Of a stretch of 64,000 nucleotides of DNA, positions 24,001 to 36,100 are shown piece by piece. The notes beneath the pieces were generated by a model. It did no database searches, was not told where the DNA came from, and saw only the letters and a list, made by a program, of their open reading frames with translations. A program made the translations under genes and the position numbers. The stretch is from Phaeosaccion multiseriatum (Eukaryota > Protista > Ochrophyta, other classes), in contig OZ218952.1 in NCBI GenBank assembly GCA_965112735.1, positions 4,712,001-4,776,000 on the forward strand, in the 5' to 3' direction. Positions within the stretch are counted from its first letter, which is position 1; every line of letters begins with the position of its first letter.

Positions 24001-26269
24001 TGGCCTGGCCTGGCCTGGCCTGGCCTGGCCTGGCCTGGCCTGGCCTGGCCTGGCCTGGCCTGGCCTGGCCTGGCCTGGCCTGGCCTGGCCTGGCCTGGCC
24101 TGGCCTGGCCTGGCCTGGCCTGGCCTGGCCTGGCCTGGCCTGGCCTGGCCTGGCCTGGCCTGGCCTGGCCTGGCCTGGCCTGGCCTGGCCTGGCCTGGCC
24201 TGGCCTGGCCTGGCCTGGCCTGGCCTGGCCTGGCCTGGCCTGGCCTGGCCTGGCCTGGCCTGGCCTGGCCTGGCCTGGCCTGGCCTGGCCTGGCCTGGCC
24301 TGGCCTGGCCTGGCCTGGCCTGGCCTGGCCTGGCCTGGCCTGGCCTGGCCTGGCCTGGCCTGGCCTGGCCTGGCCTGGCCTGGCCTGGCCTGGCCTGGCC
24401 TGGCCTGGCCTGGCCTGGCCTGGCCTGGCCTGGCCTGGCCTGGCCTGGCCTGGCCTGGCCTGGCCTGGCCTGGCCTGGCCTGGCCTGGCCTGGCCTGGCC
24501 TGGCCTGGCCTGGCCTGGCCTGGCCTGGCCTGGCCTGGCCTGGCCTGGCCTGGCCTGGCCTGGCCTGGCCTGGCCTGGCCTGGCCTGGCCTGGCCTGGCC
24601 TGGCCTGGCCTGGCCTGGCCTGGCCTGGCCTGGCCTGGCCTGGCCTGGCCTGGCCTGGCCTGGCCTGGCCTGGCCTGGCCTGGCCTGGCCTGGCCTGGCC
24701 TGGCCTGGCCTGGCCTGGCCTGGCCTGGCCTGGCCTGGCCTGGCCTGGCCTGGCCTGGCCTGGCCTGGCCTGGCCTGGCCTGGCCTGGCCTGGCCTGGCC
24801 TGGCCTGGCCTGGCCTGGCCTGGCCTGGCCTGGCCTGGCCTGGCCTGGCCTGGCCTGGCCTGGCCTGGCCTGGCCTGGCCTGGCCTGGCCTGGCCTGGCC
24901 TGGCCTGGCCTGGCCTGGCCTGGCCTGGCCTGGCCTGGCCTGGCCTGGCCTGGCCTGGCCTGGCCTGGCCTGGCCTGGCCTGGCCTGGCCTGGCCTGGCC
25001 TGGCCTGGCCTGGCCTGGCCTGGCCTGGCCTGGCCTGGCCTGGCCTGGCCTGGCCTGGCCTGGCCTGGCCTGGCCTGGCCTGGCCTGGCCTGGCCTGGCC
25101 TGGCCTGGCCTGGCCTGGCCTGGCCTGGCCTGGCCTGGCCTGGCCTGGCCTGGCCTGGCCTGGCCTGGCCTGGCCTGGCCTGGCCTGGCCTGGCCTGGCC
25201 TGGCCTGGCCTGGCCTGGCCTGGCCTGGCCTGGCCTGGCCTGGCCTGGCCTGGCCTGGCCTGGCCTGGCCTGGCCTGGCCTGGCCTGGCCTGGCCTGGCC
25301 TGGCCTGGCCTGGCCTGGCCTGGCCTGGCCTGGCCTGGCCTGGCCTGGCCTGGCCTGGCCTGGCCTGGCCTGGCCTGGCCTGGCCTGGCCTGGCCTGGCC
25401 TGGCCTGGCCTGGCCTGGCCTGGCCTGGCCTGGCCTGGCCTGGCCTGGCCTGGCCTGGCCTGGCCTGGCCTGGCCTGGCCTGGCCTGGCCTGGCCTGGCC
25501 TGGCCTGGCCTGGCCTGGCCTGGCCTGGCCTGGCCTGGCCTGGCCTGGCCTGGCCTGGCCTGGCCTGGCCTGGCCTGGCCTGGCCTGGCCTGGCCTGGCC
25601 TGGCCTGGCCTGGCCTGGCCTGGCCTGGCCTGGCCTGGCCTGGCCTGGCCTGGCCTGGCCTGGCCTGGCCTGGCCTGGCCTGGCCTGGCCTGGCCTGGCC
25701 TGGCCTGGCCTGGCCTGGCCTGGCCTGGCCTGGCCTGGCCTGGCCTGGCCTGGCCTGGCCTGGCCTGGCCTGGCCTGGCCTGGCCTGGCCTGGCCTGGCC
25801 TGGCCTGGCCTGGCCTGGCCTGGCCTGGCCTGGCCTGGCCTGGCCTGGCCTGGCCTGGCCTGGCCTGGCCTGGCCTGGCCTGGCCTGGCCTGGCCTGGCC
25901 TGGCCTGGCCTGGCCTGGCCTGGCCTGGCCTGGCCTGGCCTGGCCTGGCCTGGCCTGGCCTGGCCTGGCCTGGCCTGGCCTGGCCTGGCCTGGCCTGGCC
26001 TGGCCTGGCCTGGCCTGGCCTGGCCTGGCCTGGCCTGGCCTGGCCTGGCCTGGCCTGGCCTGGCCTGGCCTGGCCTGGCCTGGCCTGGCCTGGCCTGGCC
26101 TGGCCTGGCCTGGCCTGGCCTGGCCTGGCCTGGCCCTGGCCTGGCCCTGGCCTGGCCTGGCCTGGCCTGGCCTGGCCTGGCCTGGTTCTGGCCTGGCCTG
26201 GCCTGGCCTGGCCTGGCCTGGCCTGGCCTGGCCTGGCCTGGCCTGGCCCTGGCCTGGCCAACCCTAACC
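21001..26269. repeat. (CCTGG)n/(CCCTGG)n array, probably a miscalled (CCCTAA)n telomere
   Basis: ~5.3-kb array with interspersed CCCTGG hexamers, ending in a true AACCCTAACC at 26260-26269. Confidence 0.85.
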
Positions 26270-27822
26270 ACATTACACCCAAAACGGAAGTGCCCTGTCT
26301 GACCACACCCATAGCAGCGATCCGCCGGCGCGTGCAGAGCCGGCACCACGGCCCCCACAGTCTGCGGGGTGGCACCCGATGCCGCCATGGAGGTGGTAGC
26401 GGCAGCAGAAGCCGGCAGATCCACGGCGTTGATGTCCATGCTCTCCCTCCTTGGCCTGCCACCCCCACCGCCCCCACCACCACCGCCACGACCGCCACCC
26501 CCGCACGACAACTGGCTGTGGTCCATGAGCACCTGCTCGAACTCCTGGGGGCACTTCCGCTCCAACATAGTCCCCAAGGCCGCCCAGGAGTGCTTGTGTG
26601 CCATCGCCATGTTCACCTCCTGCAGGATGGCGTTGGTGAGCGACTGCTGACTGATGCCCCTGCGCCGATGCATGGCTTGAGCCTCCAGAACCGCCATCCC
26701 CTCCTGATCCACGAGGGCGGCCAGCGCATCGCCGCCGACCTGCGCCAACAAGGCCCTGAGGCCGTTAACCTGATACACCCCCGTCACCAGCTTGAGATTG
26801 GACTCCATGCAGCCCGTCAACTCGGACGTCACCAGGCTCCGTACCACCGCGGCGCTCTGCAGCTCGACCGTGTGAAAGAACCGGAATAGCGCCCTCACGG
26901 CCGCGTGGTAGAAAGGCGGAGTGTCAGGTGCAGACCTCTCCACACTCACCGCTGTATCGAGCTTACTCCGCTCCATCACCGAGAAACCCTCAGTCATGAG
27001 ACGCTGCACCTCCACCCACTGCTCTTCCTTCACCTCCCCGTGCCGCATGTAGCCCCAGGACTCCAGCTGCTGCATCCACTTGGAGACGACCTCCAACGTG
27101 GCCCGGTGCGTCATGCCCCAGGTGAGCGTGGGCATGAGAGAGAGGTTAGCGGGCAAGCTACGAATCGTTTGCACCCCCCCCCCCAGCACAGGGCCACCGG
27201 TCGGCAAGGCTTGGAGATGCAAACTGGCCATCTGCTGCTGCAGCCCCAACATCTGAGCCGCTAGCAACCGCTGCTGCACCCCCAACCCGTCACCGACAGC
27301 GATGCCGCCCGCTGCCTCCGCTACCGTCGGGGCTGCAGCAGTCGCAGCCCTGCCGTCTGCCACAGCGCCCACAGTACCCCCTGCCATCCCCGCTGCCGCC
27401 GAAGCCGTCCCTTCCTCCTCCTCCGCCTCCTCCTCCTCCTCCTCCTCCTCCTCCTCCTCCTCCTCCTCCTCCTCCTCCACCGCTCCAGCCGCGGCATCAG
27501 CTTCGAGGGCAGCAGCATGCAGATCGCCCGCCTGGATAACCCGGTCCACATCCCGCTCAGCCTGAGCGTCCACCTCCGCCTCGTCAGCCGCCGATAGGGC
27601 CGCCGACTGCCGAGAGAGGAACCCAGTGAGACCACCAGAGAGACGCTGGAGAAATCCTGACGTACGAGGCGTAGATGGGGGCGTGACCGTCGCTGTTGCC
27701 TCGCCTGCAGCCCGTGTTTCCTCAGCGGCAGCGCGCTGGGCGCGAGTCAGAACACCACTCGGGACCACACTGGTGGGAGAATCCGCCATGGGTGCCGCTG
27801 TGGCCGACCGAGCGCCCCTCAC
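26267..27822 (-). pseudogene. gag: Gag of element C, truncated just after the zinc knuckle
   Basis: CYGCGQTGHFRFGC then a direct junction to telomeric repeat. Confidence 0.9.
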
Positions 27823-28340
27823 GTCACCTCCACACTGCTGTGCCGCTTCTGCTGTTCGCTCCCTGCCTGCTGCCTATCCTCTGCCCACCGCTGTGGCCGC
27901 CACTGTCCCCTGTAGGCCGTGTGCTGGTACTGCCTACCGCCTCCGAGTCTGGTCTTAGCTGGCCTGTGTGCCTCCTGCCTTCCCGGTCCTGTCCTGTCCT
28001 GCCTCTCCTTCCTTTGTTTTTCGGATATCCTCACCAGCAATTGTGTCAAAACGGGTTGTAAAAGCGACCTAAGCCGCTTAGACAAGTGGTAACCCTTGAT
28101 ATATTATGTCGAAACTACCGACAGCTAGCCTCAAAGCCAAGCTAGAGCAGAGCAGAAGCTGAAGCAAGCACCCGGAAGCCAGCCCACACGCAGGCTGCGC
28201 TTCCTTTCTTTATTACTGATTTACCGTCTAGTTGGCCCGTTTTCCGGCCGTTACACTATTGATTGGGTCCCCATAGGGACCCCAACTAGGCCACTTCTAA
28301 CATCCCCCTCACTACACCCCCGCTTCTTCCGCTAGCTCCC

Positions 28341-30811
28341 TCAGAAGCCGAGATGCGAGCGATAGAATTGCGTCTCGTGCGCCAGCCCGCTGCCCCACTT
28401 CTCATGTTGCCGCAGACGGATCGTGCTTTCCCGTTTAGACCTATGCCCTCTTTTGACATTCACTCCTGGATCAAGGGCAGTGTGCGGGAGGGCGTTCTCG
28501 AACGCCTCTATGGCCTTGGCGTGTCCCCGCTCCAGTAACCACTCAGCCCATTCCCAGGTCTGGAAAGTGCCGCCGTCCGACACCGCCCACCGCACGTTAT
28601 ACTCTCGCCGCAGTGGCAGCCCCGTGGCTTTGCGCCAGCGGAACTTCACAATCCTCGCCAGCGTGGGCACTTTCCCTTCACTCACCTCGTCCAGCTCTAA
28701 GCTACGCTGCTCCTGCATTGCGCTGGTAGCCCACTGAGGAGAGCACCAACGGATATGATACCTGGCGAACCCTTCCGGGGGACCGAAGGGCCGCTCGCTC
28801 ACCCCATCGATGAACGGCTTCGTCAAGTCTCTGTGGTACGCCCGTTGCAGCTGCTCCACACCATTGCCGCGCACCCGTTTCATAGACAGATACACTGCGC
28901 TGCGCTGCATGACCTGATAGTGCTGCGCTGCATGACCTGATAGTGCTCTTCACTCACCCGCCCATGCTGAGCACAGTAGGCCCCCAGAGATGGCCAAGGC
29001 AAGACTGTATAAGGACCATCCCACGAGTGCTGCAGAGCCTTGAGTTGCGCTGACGGGGGCCCTTCGAGTTCTTCCCCTTCTTGCTGGGCAGCGGCACCAG
29101 GACGATACAACATCACCTTGGTTCCGGGTCGCAGGGGCGTCGGCCAACGGCGTGAGGCGTTCTTCAGCTGCAATCTCCCGTGGTAGTCGCAGCGCCTCCC
29201 ATTGACCACCGCCGCAGCCGCAGCCAGACGTGCCCGCAGTTCGTGGACCCATGCCGAGGCAGACGAAAACGACCCGTCCTCCACTAGCGCCGGAAGCATC
29301 GCCTGTAGAGGCACCGGGGGGTGCCGACCGAACAAGGCGTAGAATGGCGCCATCCCCGTGCTCTCCTGCGAGCGGCAGTTGTACGCATAGGTGAGCCCGG
29401 CGACGTAATCTGGCCACTGCTGCATCTGTGACTCCACGGTCGTCGCCAACATGTCCTTGATCGTGGCCATGAAGCGCTCCACCTGCCCATTGGCCTGTTG
29501 GTGCATCGGCGTCGTGAACACTTGCGACGCCGATAGAACCCGCATCACATCGCCCATGAGCGCACTGGTGAACTGCGAGCCTTGATCACTCACCAGCACT
29601 CGGGGCACACCCAGGGTGGTGACGACATGCCGCACGAAGGCCCGAGCAATACCTTCCGCCGTATAGTCCTGTGCCCTCAAAGGCACCACCACTGTCCACT
29701 TCGTGAACCAATCCTGAAACACCAAGAGGTACTCCTCACCGCCCATGCCCATAGGAAAGGGGCCAGCCACATCAGCGCCCATGACCGCCCAAGGTCCATC
29801 CACCTTGGAAATGGACGACAGCGGCACAGGCTTTGGCTGCCGGCGAGGAGTCTTGCGTGTCTGGCACGCCAGACAGGAGCGGGCCCAATACAGCGCATGT
29901 GCATTCATCTTCTCCCACCATACGCGCTCTTGCAGCGCGTCTAGCATACGTCCCGGGCCTTGGTGCCCACCTGCGATGGCATCGGTGTGGGCGGCATGCA
30001 GCAAGGCTGGCCGCATCTCCTTGGGCACACATACTTGTAGCCGAGTGTGCCGCACCCGCCACCGAAAGCCCCCAGGAGCCCACTTACGCATCAAGAGCCC
30101 GTCCTCATCCACAAAGAACTCACCCCCACCTGCATCCACCACGCCGCCGGTGGGCCCAACCTGAACACGGCGACGGAGTGCTTCCAGCTCCGCATCAGCC
30201 CGCTGCGCACGCACCCACCACGCGGCCTCGACATGCAGACTGCCACCCAAAGCTCCAGCCGCTCGTCTGTGCGCCGCGGCAGCAGGCACCGTGCCTGGTA
30301 GAGACCACCCAAACTGTCGCTCTGCCTCTCGTCGGTGCCCATCAAGCTCGCGCTGCAAGGTGGACTCCTGCTCCACCGGCTCCTTGGAAACTGAATCCAC
30401 TGCATCCTCAGCTTCATTATCCACTGCACCCGCAGCTTCATTACCTGCATCCCCCGCTTCTTCCGTGACCAGTAGATCTGCCGTACCAGGCTCCGACGGC
30501 GACTCCGCAGCAGGCGGCTCCCCAGGGGGGGTGATGCGGCCCTCCTCCGTAACAAGCTCCTCACCCTCGGTGGCACCAGCAACGGCAGCTGGACACACCT
30601 CCGAGGGCAGACGAGACGCATCCTCCTCAAGCTCGGCCTCCCATGAAGCCCACGCATGAGCGGCCGCGGCACCCGTTTGCTGAGCCTCCGCTGGTGTGCA
30701 CATCGAGAAGTAGTCACGCGACACCTGACGGACTTGCTTCCATGGCAACTCGATCATGGTATCTACTGGCATCCCGTGGAGCGGTAGCGGCCAAGCAATG
30801 CCGAGCGTCAC
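28341..30811 (-). pseudogene. Integrase + GPY/F + chromodomain of A, frameshifted by a 23-bp tandem duplication
   Basis: HHCC (H..GGH..CLAC), DDE core (GADVAG, VSDQG, GQVER), WDGPY, chromo (EYNVRW..QTWE). Duplication at about 28899-28944. Confidence 0.92.
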
Positions 30812-32552
30812 TGACCTTCACTGGCGAGCGCACCGTAACCTCGATCGTGTGACCCCGCCCTGCTGGGACTGCCGTACGACCCGTGGCAGCCACCGCTTCG
30901 GCAATCTCAGCTCTCCGCACTGCTGTCTGCAAGGCGGCCACCCCCCCTGGAGCGTCCTCCATCCGCACACGGTAGAGAGCCAAGGCAGCGCGTTGCACAC
31001 ACCCCTCACACATAGCACACTCACTGTCAACAGCCGACGCACAGGCACAAGCTCCCGGACTGGGGGGCTCCTTGAGCAGAGCGACTCCCGCGCCAGGCTC
31101 CAAGGCTACTGCATGACAAGCACGCACAAACGGATCAAGGGCAAGCGTGTGCAGCCCCGCCTCCTCCGTCAACACAGCCGTGAAAGCAGCCTCCTGCTGA
31201 TGCTGCTGTGCTGCTGCTGTCGCACGAGCACGCTGCCTCCGCTGCTTCCTCCGTACCCGCCGTCGAAGAGCTACTGCGCGCCTCGCTGCATCCTGCTGCT
31301 CCTGTGCCGCCTGCTCGTCTCCCTTGCGCAGCGCTGCCTTCGCCTGCTGGGCACGCCGTCTCAACCACTTTGCTGCCACCCTCTGCTCAGTCCTGCTCCG
31401 CCCCTCCGCCGGAGGCACCGCTGGAGACGTCAGCGGCAGGGTCCGAAGGCTCTGCTCCTGCTGCTGAAGCTGAACCTCCTCCTGCTGCTGAAGCTGAACC
31501 TGCCACGCCCACTGTTCATGTTCCCCCGAGGGAGTGAATGGCGGAAGAGATGCTGCCCCGAGCGGCAAGGCCCGCACGAGGCCCATGGCCTTGGCCTGGC
31601 GAGGCGTCACCAGGGAGCACAGCTGCTGAGGCTGAAGCTCATCGCTTGACGGTGGGCTGGCTTTTGCAACCTGGACGGCAGCCTCGACAGCATGACCCTG
31701 CTGCTGCTCCAATTGCTCCTGCTGCCCCCCCGCCACCTGCGGCTGCTGCTCGGCAACCTGGACGACTGCCTCGACAGCAGGACCCTGCTGCGGCTCCAGT
31801 TGCACCTGCGGTCCCGCCGGCTGCTGCTGCTGTTGCCGCTCCTTCGCCGCACGCAGTGCGCGCTGTTCCGGGAAGGCACACGCACGCACCCGCTCCAAAC
31901 CCCTTGCATCCATCCAGACAGACTCGTGTTGCGCAACGGTTGCCGCCTCGCACTCAACCGCCCCCACTGCCGACGGTGGCACCTGCTGCTCCGGACACTC
32001 ACCCGCAACGACTGCATCCTCCTGGCGCAGAGGCAGCGGCAGCGCGACGTCAGGTCCGCTCGACGGCTCGACGGCAGAGCCGGGCTGCGGTGCTTCGACT
32101 AAGCACACGGAGCGTACCACTGGACACGGCTGCTGCTGCTGCTGCTGCTGCTGCTCCGGCGGCGGCAGCTGCTCGACTGCGGAAGCCGCTGGCGCAGCCT
32201 CCTGGTGCACGCCCTCCACGACTACCTCTAGCTCCTCCCCGACTACCTCTACTGCACGGCGCTGCTGCTGCGCCTGCTGCTGCGCCTGCTGCTGCGCCTG
32301 CTGCTGCACCGCCGTCACCTCCGTGGACGCCCTACCCACTACTGCATGCTCGGGACACCGATGCTGCGGCAGCTCTGCATGCTGCTGCTGCTGCTGCTGC
32401 TGCTGTTGCTGCTTGCGTCGCAGCTCAGCAAGTCTGTCGCCACACCACATGTCACTCCGATAAACTCTGATGGCAGGTGACTCCTGCTCTACACGACTAG
32501 CCTGACCGCTCCTACGCTGAGCGTCGGCATGGGGCAAAGGTGGGTCTGACAA
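30714..32552 (-). pseudogene. Pol N-terminal region of A (Gln-rich linker, Cys cluster), ending before the protease
   Basis: C-terminal part aligns with the C pre-protease region (CEGCVQRA, GRGHTIEVTVRS). Confidence 0.75.
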
Positions 32553-32693
32553 ACAAGATAGGTGCGAAGTACATTCATTATCTTCTACACTGCTCTAGCC
32601 CGCCCTCCCCCCCGGTTCCCCCACGCCGACGCTATCCTCACGCGCTGCGGTCGTGGTCCCCAGGGCTGCTGGCCAAGCAGCCCCGGGGCACCG

Positions 32694-32995
32694 TCAGCCT
32701 TCGAACTTGAACCCGTCCTGCGCCGCCAGAGTGCCCGCCACCATTGCTGCTACGGCTTCAGACATGTCGGACTCCTGGTGCAGCGCTCTGACCGCCTGCC
32801 GCCGCTGCACGCGACTCACAATGCCGAGCAGCTCCTCACGCGTAGCGGGAATGGCGTTGCATTCTATCCATCCATGGCCGGCGCGGCGACAAGTCATGCA
32901 GTTAAATGGGGCATTGCCGTTGCCACGCTGCTTGACCGAGCCGTGGAACAGCAAGGGCCGCTGCTGGGTGGGCGTGAGCCGCGGCTGCTGCGCCG

Positions 32996-33026
<31 letters not shown>

Positions 33027-34916
33027 CACTGCATTCACCCCCACCTCCTGTGACGGCTGATGGTCCAGATGCTGCTCCACCGAATTCACGGCCACTTCCA
33101 GATGCTGCTCCACCGCATTCACGGCCACTCCCCCGCGCGGAGTGCGCAGACCACCACCACCACCACCACGGGCCCGCGGAGCCCCACCAGTAGAAGAGAG
33201 CGTAAGTGGGCTACCAGCCTGGAGCACCCGAGTCGCGGAAGGAAATGCCTTCTGGAAGGCGGCGTAAAAGTCACTCCACGAGGGAGTCGCCGACTCCCAG
33301 CGCAGCCAGAAGTTGGTCATGCCGTCAGTTAATGGCAACGAGCCGTGACGAAGCCGAATCTCGACCTCTGGCCGCAGCACCGCCAGCAGGCCCGTAACCA
33401 AGGCTTGCTCATCCGTGGCCTGCCCCGTCACCTGCGCCAGACACAGAGAGAGTTCCGCCAGCTTGGTGAGCAGCCTGGCGAGCGCCTGGTTCACCTCGGC
33501 AGGAACGGTGGACGCTTCCAGAGGCTTGGCCTCCCGCACCAACGTCTGGACAAGCTGCTGGAGGCCGTCTCGTGCAACAGGAACGCCGAAGAGACGCAAC
33601 AGACACCTCGCGAGCAATTGGAACTGTGCACTCTCCGTCTCCCACTCCAATGTGACGTGCTGGTCGCCCTCCATCCACGACGCACCCTTCTGAGCCTCCG
33701 CCAGGACAGTGGCCCGATCCACTGCACCCAAGTCGGCCAGCACTCGCTGCTCCATCACCCGCCCTTGGCCCGGAAGCACGGACCCAGTAGAGGTCAAGAT
33801 CTCCTGTCCTTGCAGAATGCTCACCCAGGTGTACATGCGTGCGAGCACCACAGCACGAGGATGAGGCTGTCCAGCCGCATCGAATAGAGAGGGGAGTTTC
33901 TGCTCCTGGAGCACACGGATAGCACCCACGGGCAGCGTGATCGTCTGCACCGTATGACGGGCGGGCGCCTGCAGCACATCCAGGGCCTGCTGCCGTGCCC
34001 GCTCCCGCTCCCGTTCCATGTCCCGCTGTAGCATATCCTTAACCTGCTGCTGCAGCACCTCTACCCCCCCCGGTGCGGCATCCTTAACCTGCTGGAGCTG
34101 CGCCGCTAACAGCTCCCGCTGCAACGTCTCCACCTCCAACTGGGCAGCACCCTCAGGCGGCCGCTTCGGCTGCGGCTGCGCCGCCATCTGTCGCTGCAGC
34201 TCCACCGCAAACTCCCGCTGCTGCTCCGCCCCCCGCGAGAGCCGCAGCACCTCCAGTTCCCGCTGGAGGGCCGCCGTCTCCGCCTTGCTCTCCCGCAGTT
34301 GGGCCGCCATGAGCTGCGCAGCTTGGTGCTGCGTCAGCATCTCAAGCCCCTCCTGGAGAACCCGCGTGTCCTCCTGCTCCGGTGTCTTCTCTCCCGCCGC
34401 TGGCTGATCCACCACCCGAGCCCCGCCAGACGCACCAACAAGAGGGACCAAGGGCGTTCCAACCACATCCCACACCGTGCTCTCCTCCTGGCCCACCGAC
34501 TCTGCATCCCCCGAGTCCTCCTGGCCCACCGACTCTGCATCCCCCGAGTGGAAGGAAACCTCCGACTCCGCCACCGGCAGCGGCCTCACCCCAGCAGCAG
34601 GAGGGGAAGCGGCAGCAGCCGTAATCGCAGACCCCTCAAAAAAAGAGGGCGACTCCAGGGACTCCTCCCCCCTACGCAACGCCGCCCGCACACGGTCCAC
34701 AGCCCCAGGGCTGGCAGTGACCTCCACAGGAGGAGCAGCAGCTTCCGATACCACAGACCCCACGTCCGCAGCACCACCATCAGCTCCACCGCCCTCAGCG
34801 TCACTCGTAGCGCCCTCCGCCGATGAAAGACTCAGGAAGTCCATCCCCTCCTCAGCCCTGGCCACCCTAGCAGCGTGGAAACGCATGAAGTCCATCCCCG
34901 CCTCAGCCAGTGCCAC
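32694..34916 (-). CDS. gag: Gag of element A
   Basis: 740-aa ORF after the 5' LTR with CCHC knuckle CMTCRRAGHGWIEC. Confidence 0.88.
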
Positions 34917-36100
34917 CCTAGCAAGCCCAAAGCTGTCTACGGCCTAAAGCTGGGCAGCTGGAAGCAAAGCTCAAGCCAACACAATAAATCAGCCTCAAAG
35001 CTGGATCTCAGACCTGTGTCTTTCGGGTCTTCCGGGTTGTCGAAACTACCGACAGCTAGCCTCAAAGCCAAGCTAGAGCAGAGCAGAAGCTGAAGCAAGC
35101 ACCCGGAAGCCAGCCCACACGCAGGCTGCGCTTCCTTTCTTTATTACTGATTTACCGTCTAGTTGGCCCGTTTTCCGGCCGTTACACTATTGATTGGGTC
35201 CCCATAGGGACCCCAACTAGGCCACTTCTAACAATTATACGGGATGGAACCCGTTTGCAAGCCCTGCTGCTAGGCTCTCCTTATACCAAGATCACCGTTC
35301 TGACGTCCTCCTCCACTCAGAATCTACGTAATATAGGACACACCGACCATTGACTTATGGTCCTTCTCACTCTGAGGCCTTCCAACAGAAGCTGAGAGGC
35401 AGGCTGCGCGGGCAGGCTCTGATGTGCCTCAAGAACTGCGTCACTCGACTGCCACTACTGCTGAAGCAGCGACAGTGAAAGTCAGTTCTCTCCTGCAGTC
35501 TTGTACTACTGAAGAAGCTCTGCCAGCCCAGCTTGATTCGACAAGCGTCAATTTCGATATAGACAACTGGGACTCTTTCATGGATGAGGTATATCAACCA
35601 CTGTACACTAGCACTGAGGTCTTTCACATAGCCTCGGCCACATTCGACTCTCAAAGTCGGGTTGGAACTCAAACTAATGAACCCTTTTCCAGCTACGATG
35701 ATCCTCTACCCGAGGTGTCCGACTCTCCATGTCTTGAAGAAAATCTCATCAAGCAAAGTCTCATTCCCATCGTAGCGAAAGCTGCACTAAACGGCTTCAC
35801 TGACTCAGACGCGCTCTATGAGGTTCTCACCTCCCATCCTCAAGTGTGGCGAAGCAAAGTGCTCATGCACGATCCACCGGCCAAGGTAGATCCCATGGTC
35901 ATTCGACTCAAGGAGGGAGCGGAACCCATCTGTCAACTTCCCATCTATCAATCGGGAGCTCGGAGAGACTTCCTCAAAGACTTCACCGATCAACTGACAC
36001 AGTTCGGGTACCACTACGCGAACCCTCAAGCTGTGTGGGCCAGCCGTGCCTTCTGCATAGCCAAGCCGGGCAAACCAGGCCAATTTCGGCAAGTGGCCGA

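Larger units (their letters stand above)
28107..35233 (-). mobile_element. Element A: Gypsy chromovirus related to C, lacking PR/RT/RNase H
   Basis: Apparently identical 196-bp LTRs at 28107-28302 and 35038-35233. 4-bp TSD ATTA, confirmed against the intact C LTR. PPT GGGGGTGTAGTGAGGGGGA. Confidence 0.95.
26267..35387 (-). mobile_element. Truncated copy of Gypsy element C (5' LTR plus most of gag); LTR split by element A
   Basis: LTR pieces 35238-35387 and 28057-28106 sum to 200 bp and match 44862-45061. Gag is nearly identical to 45295-46857. Confidence 0.93.

Noticed and set aside
15354-27822. 3,578- and 3,714-aa ORFs (GQARP/NP/LT repeats)
   Set aside because: Translation through telomere repeats, an N gap and a likely artefactual array; only the gag part is real
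26260-28106. Telomere-targeting retrotransposon
   Set aside because: The junction is in mid-gag, not at an element end, so it is breakage and healing rather than targeted insertion
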